Part shown: positions 17,829 to 26,459 of the stretch, piece by piece
Numbering within the stretch: the stretch's first letter is position 1
Layout of the letters: every line of letters begins with the position of its first letter
Origin: an uncultured Anaerolineaceae bacterium
Lineage (GTDB): Bacteria; Chloroflexota; Limnocylindria; Limnocylindrales; CSP1-4
Direction of reading: 5' to 3'
NCBI GenBank assembly: GCA_964529245.1
Contig: CAZGUS010000003.1
Span: forward strand, 1-51,608
Length of the DNA: 51,608 bases
Made by a program: the position numbers and the translations under genes
Notes under the pieces: model-generated
Databases searched by the model: none
Seen by the model: the letters and a program-made list of their open reading frames with translations, nothing else
Told to the model about the DNA's origin: nothing

Positions 17829-18086
17829 ATGCCGATGCTCGGCTGGCTGCACCGTTACGTCACGCTCACGACGACGCGTGGGCTCAAGCCCACCGACGTC
17901 CCGGACGTATACAAGGTCAAGATCTACGTCGGTAGTCGCCCGACCATGAGCAAAGTCGACGCCGCCGCCGTCAAGGAGATCGTCAAGTTCCAGCAGGAAG
18001 CTGGATATGCCTCCTACGAGATCAAGGGCCGGCGCTACATCTTCTTCCCGTCCGCCTACGAGTACACGGTCCAGCTCAGCCACTGA
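17829..18086 (+). CDS. small hypothetical protein (85 aa)
   Basis: AAGAGAGG RBS before ATG 17829. High third-position G+C. Sequence MPMLGWLHRYVTLTTTRGLKPTDVPDVYKVKIYVGSRPTMSKVDAAAVKEIVKFQQEAGYASYEIKGRRYIFFPSAYEYTVQLSH. No family recognised. Confidence 0.5.
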   Translation: MPMLGWLHRYVTLTTTRGLKPTDVPDVYKVKIYVGSRPTMSKVDAAAVKEIVKFQQEAGYASYEIKGRRYIFFPSAYEYTVQLSH

Positions 18087-18156
18087 CATAGCGGCCGCGG
18101 GGCGGTTGGTCGGCGCGGCGCACGGCGGGTCGGCAATGGGATCCCGCCGCTTCCGC

Positions 18157-18729
18157 CTACAGCAGCTGGCTGACCAGGGCCTCGAGTTGGGCAAGCGTCG
18201 CGGGAGTGGCGGTGGCCGTGATGGCAACTAGATTCTTGCCCTTGGTCGCGACCACGCCCTCGTTGTCCTTCCCGCCGTTGAGGGACTGGGTGAACGAACG
18301 AGCCTGATCGCCGACGCCGGACACGGTCGCGTACGGCACCGGGTACTTGGCGCTGAACAGCGAGATGGCCGACGGGTCGATGTTCGAGATCAGTTCGATG
18401 ATCACGTTGAGGCCCACGCCCGCGTACTCACACGCGACGCCGGTCGCGCCGGCGGGAAGCTGCGTCCCACCGCCGCCCTGGACCGAGACCGGATTCGGCA
18501 GGGTTATCCCCAGGGCGGAGCCGACCGTGGCGCCGCTGGGGCAGCTCCCCGCCGCCGCCGTCACCGTCAGGCTGGGCGGTGTGATCGCCGTCGCGCCTGC
18601 GGTCGCGGCCGCAGTCGCCGCGGGGGTCAAGACGGTAGCAGGAGTGCCTCCGCCGGAGCTCCCACAGGCCGAGATGGTCACGCCGAAGACGAGTGCGGTT
18701 ACCGCCAACCAACGAGGGCCGTGCGACAC
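18157..18729 (-). CDS. putative lipoprotein
   Basis: GGAAGGAGG RBS 7 nt before GTG 18729. Signal plus lipobox VSHGPRWLAVTALVFGVTISACGSSGGG. 190 aa. Confidence 0.7.
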   Translation of the reverse strand: MSHGPRWLAVTALVFGVTISACGSSGGGTPATVLTPAATAAATAGATAITPPSLTVTAAAGSCPSGATVGSALGITLPNPVSVQGGGGTQLPAGATGVACEYAGVGLNVIIELISNIDPSAISLFSAKYPVPYATVSGVGDQARSFTQSLNGGKDNEGVVATKGKNLVAITATATPATLAQLEALVSQLL

Positions 18730-18911
18730 GTGAGAGCCTCCTTCCGAGAAGAGCGCGTCCCCGAATCGGGCCGAAAGGCCGTGATGGGGGCAATCCCCGG
18801 CACGGCGTAGGCTACTCGATCCACATTTCCGCGCCAGGATTCGACAGGTGTGTCGCGACCAGGGCTCGTTGATGGCCGGCGACGTCACCCGAGCCGACCG
18901 GATTGGCGACG

Positions 18912-19415
18912 CTACACGTGGCGAAGCGGCTGAACGGGCAGCTTGAGGACGCGGTCGTTGTTCCCGAAGAGGCGCGCGAACAGCGACGGGACCCACCAGC
19001 GCAGGAAGTAGAGCTTGCAGCCCAGGCAGTAGCCGGTGGTCGCGAGCAGCGTCTGGAGCCCGGCCACGGCGGCGGCGAGAGTCCAGCCGACCAGGGGCAG
19101 TCCGGCCGCGAAGGCAACACTGCCTATCGCCAGGAAGATGCCTCCGAGCGCCTGGGCGAACCTGGGCGGGTACTCGTGCTCCGGCTCGGTCGGGCCGAGG
19201 CGGAGCGTCGTCTTGATCAACCGCCACGGCCGGCCGGGAAGGAACAGGCGCGTGCCAAAGGCCGAGGAAATCAAGAGGTTGAGGCCCACCAGAGCCGCCA
19301 GCCAGAACTGGCCGGCCACGATGGCGACGGCGAGAAGAACGGCCGACAGACCTGCCCCGAAACGTTGACCGCGTGGATCGATGTAGCGGGCGGGCGGCGT
19401 AAGTGACGAAGACAC
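18912..19415 (-). CDS. DUF4395 family membrane protein
   Basis: 167 aa: IDPRGQRFGAGLSAVLLAVA, four hydrophobic helices, TTGYCLGCKLYF motif. Confidence 0.65.
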   Translation of the reverse strand: MSSSLTPPARYIDPRGQRFGAGLSAVLLAVAIVAGQFWLAALVGLNLLISSAFGTRLFLPGRPWRLIKTTLRLGPTEPEHEYPPRFAQALGGIFLAIGSVAFAAGLPLVGWTLAAAVAGLQTLLATTGYCLGCKLYFLRWWVPSLFARLFGNNDRVLKLPVQPLRHV

Positions 19416-19784
19416 AGGGGACTCCAGCTCAGAGGTTGGGGGACGCCAGAAGGCGTCGGCGAAGTGGAAACGCGAGGCCCGGCTGGAGGTGGGCCGCCGT
19501 CTCTAGTGACGAAGCGCGTGCCCTGCCGCCGCCGGCCCTCGCCGGCGACAGATACAGGGCTCTCCCTCGTGGAGGCGCAGCAGTTCGTCAGTCATGAATC
19601 GACGTTACAGGAGCGGGGCCGCGGACGGCGCGCCTGCGGTGCGTGTATCGCGGAGTGATCCCTCGGCCGCGAGTCTCCGCCCGGCTCGCGGGACGGGCAT
19701 TCCCTTTCCGCCGAGCCGTCGCCACCCTTGATCGGCTAAGGCCTGGCCGCCGAATGGAGCCGAGCCATCCCGCATGGAGTCAGC

Positions 19785-20588
19785 ATGGCCGCCACCACTC
19801 CCGCCTCAGGCCTGGCGAAGGTCAACGGCGTCGAGCTTGCCTATCAGATCCACGGCGCCGGGAAGCCGCTGGTTCTGATACACGGCGGGTTCGGCGCAGT
19901 CGAGATGTTCGGCCCCAATGTCGCGGCGCTGGCGGCCGGCCGTCAGGTCATCGGAGTCGATCTGCAATCGCATGGACGGAGTCCGGCCGCCGACCGTCCG
20001 ATGCGCTTCGAAACGATGGCCGACGACGTCGCGGCCCTGGTCCGCTATCTGGGCTTCGAGCAGGCCGACGTCATGGGCTTTTCGCTCGGCGGCGGAGTGG
20101 CTCTGCGGACGGCGATCCAGCACCCGGAGTCGGTCCGCAAGCTCGTTCTCGTTTCCGCGCCGTACAAGCGCGCCGGATGGCATCCCGAGATGGTCGCCGC
20201 ATTCGACCAGATGGGTCCCGAGTTCGCGGAGCCGATGAAGCAGACGCCGATGTACGCGCTCTACCGCGACATCGCGCCGCGGGTCGAGGACTGGCCCGTC
20301 CTGGCCGCCCAGCTGACGGAGCTGCTCAAGCTCGACTACGACTGGACCGAAGAGGTCCGCCGCCTGTCCATGCCGGTCCTGATTGTCGCCGGCGATGCCG
20401 ACGGCCTGCCGCCTCGCCACGCCGGGGACTTCTTCGAGCTCCTCGGCGGCGGAAAGCGCGACGCAGTCTGGGATCGCTCGGGAATGACCAAACACGCCCT
20501 GGCTATCCTGCCGCGCCTGACCCACTACGACATCGACGTCGCGCCGCTGCTCGCGAGCACCGTAGCCACGTTCCTGGACGCCGCGTAG
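19785..20588 (+). CDS. alpha/beta-fold hydrolase
   Basis: LVLIHGGFG oxyanion region, nucleophile elbow MGFSLGGGVA, C-terminal acid/His region IVAGDADG...LTHYD. GGAG RBS. Confidence 0.85.
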   Translation: MAATTPASGLAKVNGVELAYQIHGAGKPLVLIHGGFGAVEMFGPNVAALAAGRQVIGVDLQSHGRSPAADRPMRFETMADDVAALVRYLGFEQADVMGFSLGGGVALRTAIQHPESVRKLVLVSAPYKRAGWHPEMVAAFDQMGPEFAEPMKQTPMYALYRDIAPRVEDWPVLAAQLTELLKLDYDWTEEVRRLSMPVLIVAGDADGLPPRHAGDFFELLGGGKRDAVWDRSGMTKHALAILPRLTHYDIDVAPLLASTVATFLDAA

Positions 20589-20601
20589 GCCCCGCTCGGG
20601 G

Positions 20602-20829
20602 TCAGCGCACTTCGGGGGTCTGGGAGCCGAGGAAGGCCTCGAGCTGGGACACGGCGACCCGGAGCGCGTCGTTGTCGCGACTCCAGATCTGCCAGTTAGC
20701 GCGGGTTCGCTCCGACCAGCCGAAGAGAAGCCCCGGCGCTCGGTCGAAGGCCTGGAGAAAAGCTCGCGATTCGGTGTTTCGGGTTGCGACCACCCGAGCA
20801 GTTAGACGCTGGAACTCGACGACATCCAT
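20602..20829 (-). CDS. small hypothetical protein (75 aa) immediately downstream of hoxW
   Basis: GGGAGG 4 nt upstream of ATG 20829. Predicted helical. No family recognised. Confidence 0.45.
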   Translation of the reverse strand: MDVVEFQRLTARVVATRNTESRAFLQAFDRAPGLLFGWSERTRANWQIWSRDNDALRVAVSQLEAFLGSQTPEVR

Positions 20830-20922
20830 GAAACCTCCCGCGGCGGATAGATTGACAGTGGCTCCACTGTACTCCCGGCGCGCCGAGCGGCCGGCGCTGC
20901 GTCGCCGGCGAGCGGCAGTCCT

Positions 20923-21390
20923 CTAGCGGCGTCCGTGCTCCACCACGATCGCCACGACCGCTTCGATGACGGCCGGAAGCGCTCGCTCCACGTCCGGCGA
21001 CAGGCCGTCGCCGACATCCATGGAAGCCGCGCCCACGCTCACGACGAACATCGGCGCCGCCGCGCCGTAGAGCTCGGCCGCCAGCGCCCCCAGAGTTGCG
21101 GGCGAGACATGATGGGACGAGGCCGAGCCCGCATCGGGCGTCGGCTCGACCTGCCGGACCGAGATGGCGCCGGGCGCTTCGGTGCTGGCGTCGATCAGGA
21201 CGACGACCGAAGCGGTGCTGATATCGAGCGCCAGCTCGGGCGTCAGCTGGTGCTGCGAGAGCACCCGCGCCCCCGCGAGCCGGGGATCGTCGGCCAGCAG
21301 CTCGGCCGCCCGGCGGCCCAGGCCGTCGTCGCCGCGGAGTGAATTGCCGTAGCCGACGATCAGGATTTCGCGGGGCAGATCACCTGGCAA
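20923..21390 (-). CDS. hoxW: [NiFe] hydrogenase maturation endopeptidase
   Basis: ILIVGYGNSLRGDDGLGRRAAELL and VVLIDA motifs of the HycI/HoxW/HybD family. TTG start overlaps the hoxH end by 11 nt. Confidence 0.8.
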   Translation of the reverse strand: MPGDLPREILIVGYGNSLRGDDGLGRRAAELLADDPRLAGARVLSQHQLTPELALDISTASVVVLIDASTEAPGAISVRQVEPTPDAGSASSHHVSPATLGALAAELYGAAAPMFVVSVGAASMDVGDGLSPDVERALPAVIEAVVAIVVEHGRR

Positions 21391-22801
21391 GGTCGTCCAG
21401 GACGGCGCCGTCGGGCCCGAGGAGCTGGATCTGGAGCGCCATATGGCCGAGGGCGTGGGTCGAGCAGCTGAGGCACGGGTCGTAGCAGCGAATGACCGCC
21501 TCCACCCGATTGAGCATCGGCTCCTCGATCTTGTCGCCCTTCACGTAGTGGCGAGCCACCTGGGCGACGGCGCGGTTCATGGCCATGTTGTTGTGACCCG
21601 TGGCGATGATCAGGTTGGCCCACAGCACGATGCCGTCGTCGTCCACCTTGTAGTGGTGCATCAGCGTACCGCGGGGCGCCTCGGAGACGCCGATGCCCTC
21701 GTTGCGGTTGACCTCTGCTCGCGAACGGACGTGCGTCGACAGGATGTCGGGGCCGCGCAGGATCTCCTCGATCTTCTCGATTGAGTACAACGTGTCGATC
21801 AGGCGGGCGTAGTGGTAATGGAACGACGAACCGGCGACGCGACCGACACGGCCGCGGAAGCGGTCCAGCTCCTCGTCCGCGCGCGGCGTGCCCATGCGCT
21901 CGGCGACGTTGATGCGGGCAAGCGGACCGACGCGATAGATGCCGTCCGGGTAGCCCATAGCCTTCCAGTAAGTCGACTTGAGGTACGACCAGGGCTCCAC
22001 GGTCTCGCCGATATAGTCGTTGAAATCGTGCGGATCGATCCGATCGGCGAGAGCCTTGCCGTCGGCGTCGATGACGCGCAGCCAGCCGTCGTAATGGTCG
22101 ACGTTGCCGTGGCGGTCGACGAGGGCCATGAACGCCGACCGGAAGTTGCCCATCGTGGCGGCTTCTTCCTCCCAGCGCAGCATGTCCGTCTTGTACCAGG
22201 CTATGGCCCGCTCGACGATCGCGATTGCTTCCGGCACCCCGGCCAGGATCCGGTCGCGGACCTCCGGGGTCAGCGGATGGGCGACGCCGCCCGGAACGAT
22301 CCACTCCGGGTGGATGCGCTTGCCGCCCAGCCATTCGATGATCTGCTGGCCCCACTTGCGGAGCTCGATGCCGTCCCTGGCGAGCTGCGGATTCTCTCGC
22401 GCCACGCCGATGATGTTGCGCTTGGCCGGCTCGGCGTCAAAACCGAAGAGCAGGTCCGGCGCAGAAAGGTGGAAGAACGACAGGGCGTTCGACTGCACGA
22501 TCTGGCCCAGGTTGATCACTCGCCGCAGGTCCGCCCCGGTGGGCGGCGGCTCGACGGCCAGGATGTCGTCGACCGCCTTGGACGAGGCGATCAAGTGGCT
22601 GACCGGGCAGATGCCGCAGATCCGCGACATGATCGCGGGCATCTCGTGGACGGGGCGGCCCTGGGTGATGCGCTCGAATCCACGGAACTGAGTCACGTGG
22701 AAATGGGCGTCGACGACCTCGCCGCGCTTGTCGAGCTGGATCGTGATCTTGGAGTGGCCTTCGATCCTGGTGATCGGATCGATGACGATGGTTCGGCTCA
22801 T
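21380..22801 (-). CDS. hoxH: bidirectional NAD(P)-linked [NiFe] hydrogenase large subunit (group 3d type)
   Basis: N-terminal ITRIEGHSKITI and RICGICPVSH (L1 Ni-binding cysteines). C-terminal DPCLSCSTH followed by a 24-aa cleavable extension. 473 aa. GGGAG RBS. Confidence 0.95.
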   Translation of the reverse strand: MSRTIVIDPITRIEGHSKITIQLDKRGEVVDAHFHVTQFRGFERITQGRPVHEMPAIMSRICGICPVSHLIASSKAVDDILAVEPPPTGADLRRVINLGQIVQSNALSFFHLSAPDLLFGFDAEPAKRNIIGVARENPQLARDGIELRKWGQQIIEWLGGKRIHPEWIVPGGVAHPLTPEVRDRILAGVPEAIAIVERAIAWYKTDMLRWEEEAATMGNFRSAFMALVDRHGNVDHYDGWLRVIDADGKALADRIDPHDFNDYIGETVEPWSYLKSTYWKAMGYPDGIYRVGPLARINVAERMGTPRADEELDRFRGRVGRVAGSSFHYHYARLIDTLYSIEKIEEILRGPDILSTHVRSRAEVNRNEGIGVSEAPRGTLMHHYKVDDDGIVLWANLIIATGHNNMAMNRAVAQVARHYVKGDKIEEPMLNRVEAVIRCYDPCLSCSTHALGHMALQIQLLGPDGAVLDDLAR

Positions 22802-22813
22802 GTTCGGCTCCCG

Positions 22814-23344
22814 TCAGCGACCGAACCGGGCCCCGGCCACGTCAGGGACGCGACCGGCCAGCAGGTCATCGAGCAAGTTGTATATGAGGTCGGCGGAAGG
22901 CGGGCAGCCCGGCAGGAAGACGTCGACCTTCACCAAGCGGTGGACGGGCGTCGAGATCGGCAGCAGCTTGGGCACGATCTGGGACGGCAGCTGCGGGTTC
23001 ATGGTCACGTTTTCGATGTAGGCCCGGTCGAGCAGCGGCCCCGTCCCAATCGGGTTGCGCATGCCCGGGACGTTCGATGTGACGGCGCAGTCGCCGAACG
23101 CGACCAGCGTTTTCGTGCGCTCGCGGACCAGCTTGATCTTGTGGAGGTCCTCTTCGCTGGAGACGGCGCCCTCGACAAGGCAGACGTCGACGTTCTCCGG
23201 GAACTCCTTGAAGTCGACAAGAGGACCGTAGACGAGGTCGGCTCGTTCGAAGATGTCGAGCAGGCGCTCGTCAAGATCGATCAGCGACATATGGCAGCCG
23301 GAACAGCCATCGAGCCAGACGGTGGCGACCCGAGGCTTGCTCAC
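22814..23344 (-). CDS. hoxY: [NiFe] hydrogenase small subunit (group 3 type, single proximal cluster)
   Basis: From GTG 23344: [21 protein letters not shown]...[16 protein letters not shown]...VFLPGCPP. 176 aa. GTGA overlap with hoxU. Confidence 0.9.
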   Translation of the reverse strand: MSKPRVATVWLDGCSGCHMSLIDLDERLLDIFERADLVYGPLVDFKEFPENVDVCLVEGAVSSEEDLHKIKLVRERTKTLVAFGDCAVTSNVPGMRNPIGTGPLLDRAYIENVTMNPQLPSQIVPKLLPISTPVHRLVKVDVFLPGCPPSADLIYNLLDDLLAGRVPDVAGARFGR

Positions 23345-24057
23345 TGCCCACGCTCCTCTTCCACGACCTTGAGCCACGGCAGGAAGGGCCGCTGCCTCTT
23401 GCTGCCCGACGCCACCGCTCGACCCTTTTCGAAGAGGGCGCCGGTGGGGCAGACCTGAACGCATTTGCCGCAACTGGTGCAGGTGGTCGATTCGCCCCAC
23501 GGGATGCCCATGTCCGTCTGGACGCGGGTCTCGAGGCCGCGATGCATGACGTCCCAGGTGTGCGCGCCTTCGATTTCGTCGCACACCCGAACGCAGCGCA
23601 GGCAGAGGATGCAGCGGTTGTGGTCGATGGCGAAGAGCCGGTGGCTGGCGTCGATGTCGACCTTGGGGCTGATCCGCGGCAGGTCGAAGTGGGTCAACTC
23701 GAGCTCGGCGGCCAGGTCCTGCAGCTCGCAGTGGTTGTTGGCCACGCAGACCGCGCAGACGTGATTGCGTTCGACGAAGAGCATCTCCGTCACAGCGCGG
23801 CGGTATTCCTGGAGCCTCTCGGAGTGCGCCGTGACCTCCATGCCCTCGGTTACTTTGGTCACGCAGGCGGCCGTGAGCTTGGGCGAACCTGCGATCTCGA
23901 CCATGCACAGGCGGCAGGCGCCGCGATCGTGGATGCCTTCGAGGTGGCAGAGGCCGGGGATGTTGATCCCGTTCTCCTCGGCCACTTCCATCACTGTCTG
24001 GCCTTCCGAACCGGCGACATCCTTGCCGTCGATGCGGAAGGTGAAGACGGTCGTCAT
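23341..24057 (-). CDS. hoxU: hydrogenase diaphorase Fe-S subunit (NuoG N-terminal-like)
   Basis: 2Fe-2[20 protein letters not shown], then [21 protein letters not shown] and [15 protein letters not shown] clusters. 238 aa. ATGA overlap with hoxF. Confidence 0.9.
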   Translation of the reverse strand: MTTVFTFRIDGKDVAGSEGQTVMEVAEENGINIPGLCHLEGIHDRGACRLCMVEIAGSPKLTAACVTKVTEGMEVTAHSERLQEYRRAVTEMLFVERNHVCAVCVANNHCELQDLAAELELTHFDLPRISPKVDIDASHRLFAIDHNRCILCLRCVRVCDEIEGAHTWDVMHRGLETRVQTDMGIPWGESTTCTSCGKCVQVCPTGALFEKGRAVASGSKRQRPFLPWLKVVEEERGQ

Positions 24058-25709
24058 GCCATCACCTCCGGCCGAGTGATCGTGCAGACGCCGGCGGGAC
24101 AGACCTTGTCGACTATGTGGGCCATGTACTCATCCCGGAAGTAGCGCAGCGTGCTGAAGATCGGGTTTGGGGCTCCCTGGCCGAGTCCGCACAGAGCCGT
24201 CTTCTGGATGATGCCGGCCAGCCGTTCGAGCTGAGCCAGATCCTCCAGCGTGGCCTCGCCGCGCGTGATCAGGTCGAGGAGCATGTACAGCTGGGTCGTG
24301 CCGACGCGGCACGGGACGCATTTGCCGCAGGACTCCTCGCGGCAGAAATCCTGGAAGTACTTGGCGACGTCGACCATGCAGGACGTGTCGTCCATCACGA
24401 TCAAGCCGCCCGATCCCATGAATGAGCCGACTTCGATGAGCGACTCGTAGCTCACCGGCATGTCGAGGAACTGGGCCGGAATGCATCCGCCCGACGGGCC
24501 GCCTGTCTGGACTGCCTTGAACGGCCGGCCATCGATGAGGCCGCCGCCGATGTCGTAGACGATCTCGCGCAAGGTCGTGCCCATCGGGACCTCGATCAGG
24601 CCGGTGTTCACGATTCGACCCGCCAGGGCGAAGACCTTCGTGCCCTTGCTCTTCCCGGGGCCGTACTCGGAGAACCACTCGGCGCCCTTGCGCAGGATCG
24701 TCGGGACGTTGGCGTACGTCTCCACGTTGTTGATCAGGGTGGGGCAATCCCACAGGCCCTGGACCGCCGGGTAGGGCGGCCGGGGTCGCGGCGTCCCGCG
24801 CCGGCCCTCGATCGATGCGATCAGGGCGGTCTCTTCGCCGCATACGAACGCGCCGGCGCCGAGACGGATCTGGACGTCGAAGTTGAACGAGGTGTCGGCG
24901 ATGTTGGCGCCAAGCAGTCCGGCGCGCTGGGCCAGACGGATCGCGGTGCGGAGGCGGGCCACGGCCAGCGGGTACTCCGCGCGGCAGTAGATGAAGCCCT
25001 CGGTGGCATGGACGGCAAAGGCCGCGATGGTCATGCCCTCGAGGATCCGGAAGGGGTCGCTTTCGAGGACGCTGCGGTCCATGAACGCGCCGGGGTCGCC
25101 CTCGTCGGCGTTGCACACGACGTATTTCTGGGTTCCCTGGGCCTTCGCCACCGTTGTCCACTTGAGGCCGGTGGGGTAACCGGCGCCGCCGCGGCCGCGC
25201 AGACCGCTGGCGGTGATGGTCTCGCGGACCTCCGTGGACGTCATCTCGTGAAGCACACGGTTGAGGGCTTCGTAGCCGCCGCGGGCCTGGTAGTCCTCGA
25301 GGCTCTCCGGATCGATCCGGCCGAGGTTCTCGGTCACGACGCGGAGCTGCTTCTCGAAGAAGGCGCCCTGGGGCTGGCGAGTGTCGGTCGGCTTGACCTT
25401 CTTGAGGGCGGTCACGATACCGTCGACGTTGTCCGGGGTGACTCTCTCGAAGAGCTGGCCGGTCTCGTTGATCTCGACAAGGGGGCCGGCGGCACACAAT
25501 CCCAGGCAGCCGACGCGCTTGATGGCCACGTCGGTCATGCCGGCCGCGGCGGTCAGCTCGCCCAGACGAGCGGTTATCTCGTGGGCCTGGGCCGACATGC
25601 AGCTGGCGGCCTCGCAGACGTAAGCCGACGCGCGGACCGGGCCGTCATGGTTGTCAGTGGCATTGGCGCGGCGGTGGGTCGGTCGCGCCGCGGCGGGCAT
25701 CTCGCTCAC
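24054..25709 (-). CDS. hoxF: hydrogenase diaphorase NAD(P)H/FMN-binding subunit (NuoF-like with N-terminal thioredoxin-like 2Fe-2S domain)
   Basis: [45 protein letters not shown] and [11 protein letters not shown] motifs. N-terminal CEAASCMS...[13 protein letters not shown] overlap with hoxE; GGAGG RBS. Confidence 0.93.
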   Translation of the reverse strand: MSEMPAAARPTHRRANATDNHDGPVRASAYVCEAASCMSAQAHEITARLGELTAAAGMTDVAIKRVGCLGLCAAGPLVEINETGQLFERVTPDNVDGIVTALKKVKPTDTRQPQGAFFEKQLRVVTENLGRIDPESLEDYQARGGYEALNRVLHEMTSTEVRETITASGLRGRGGAGYPTGLKWTTVAKAQGTQKYVVCNADEGDPGAFMDRSVLESDPFRILEGMTIAAFAVHATEGFIYCRAEYPLAVARLRTAIRLAQRAGLLGANIADTSFNFDVQIRLGAGAFVCGEETALIASIEGRRGTPRPRPPYPAVQGLWDCPTLINNVETYANVPTILRKGAEWFSEYGPGKSKGTKVFALAGRIVNTGLIEVPMGTTLREIVYDIGGGLIDGRPFKAVQTGGPSGGCIPAQFLDMPVSYESLIEVGSFMGSGGLIVMDDTSCMVDVAKYFQDFCREESCGKCVPCRVGTTQLYMLLDLITRGEATLEDLAQLERLAGIIQKTALCGLGQGAPNPIFSTLRYFRDEYMAHIVDKVCPAGVCTITRPEVMA

Positions 25710-26197
25710 ATCGCCTCCAGCTCTGCAATGAGCTCAGTTGCGCCGACATGGCCTCTGACGTCGCCGTCGACGATGACGGCCGGGGCCAGGCTGCAGGCGC
25801 CCAGGCATCGGGCGGTCAGCAGGGAGACCTTGCCGTCGGCGGTCGTCTCTTTGGGCTTTACGTGCAGAGCGTCTTCCAGGCCGTTCAGGATCTGCTTCGC
25901 GCCGTTGATGTAGCAGGCCGTTCCGGTGCAGACGACGCAGGTGTGCTTGCCTTGCGGTTTGAGAGTGAAGAAGGAATAGAACGTCGCGACCCCGTAGACC
26001 CGGGAGTGGGGCACGCCAAGGGTGTCGCCGACGTAGTTCAGCGTGTCGGTGTCCAGGTACCCGAAGGCCTCCTGGGCGGCGTGGAGAGCCTCGATCAGCG
26101 CCGCGGGGCGGTCGCCCAGGCGGCGCATGCGTGTCTCCACGATCTTCCAGCGCTTGTCGTCGGTTGGCGCGGTTGGCTTGGCGTGCAGGACGGGCAT
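25706..26197 (-). CDS. hoxE: hydrogenase diaphorase 2Fe-2S subunit (NuoE-like)
   Basis: VATFYSFF...[10 protein letters not shown]...[20 protein letters not shown] 26197 sits 7 nt after GGAGG (ATG 26203 also possible). The track ORF from 26290 has no better signal. Confidence 0.85.
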   Translation of the reverse strand: MPVLHAKPTAPTDDKRWKIVETRMRRLGDRPAALIEALHAAQEAFGYLDTDTLNYVGDTLGVPHSRVYGVATFYSFFTLKPQGKHTCVVCTGTACYINGAKQILNGLEDALHVKPKETTADGKVSLLTARCLGACSLAPAVIVDGDVRGHVGATELIAELEAM

Positions 26198-26292
26198 TGC
26201 CATCCCTCCAGTGCGATGGGCAGCGAGCGCCGACAGAAGCCGCTCCGGCGCGTTTCGCGCAGTCGGAACGGGAACCTCCGAGCGGCGCAAGG

Positions 26293-26298
26293 ATCATA
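26293..26298 (-). promoter_or_regulatory. -10-like hexamer TATGAT upstream of hoxE
   Basis: Reverse complement of ATCATA at 26293-26298, about 95 nt upstream of the hoxE ATG in the 262-bp gap after the GGDEF-EAL gene. No clear -35. Confidence 0.25.
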
Positions 26299-26459
26299 CG
26301 AAGCCGGATCGACCGCCCCCCGGGCCGCACCGCCCGACTCCGGGGGCCGTATCTCCCGTGTCCCGGCGGGCCGGTGAGCCCTGCAGCGGGCCGATTGTGT
26401 GGACTTGGGCCGGCGGGTGGGGCAGCGCGACCGGACTCGAAGCCGTCTCGACCGCCCGA

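Noticed and set aside
19401-19519. 10-bp repeat AGTGACGAAG (19401 and 19505) upstream of and within the DUF4395 start
   Set aside because: A single 10-mer recurrence, with one copy inside the coding start, is compatible with chance in 51 kb.
20589-20601. Short GC palindrome (CCCCGCTCGGGG) between the convergent alpha/beta hydrolase gene and the 75-aa ORF, considered as a bidirectional terminator
   Set aside because: It has only a 4-5 bp stem with a 2-4 nt loop, too weak to call.
21812-23458. 548-aa plus-strand ORF
   Set aside because: It is antisense to hoxH and hoxY.
20923-26197. Checked hox genes for in-frame TGA (selenocysteine), frameshifts or truncations
   Set aside because: All six ORFs are intact and of canonical length, with Cys (not Sec) at the Ni-ligand positions.
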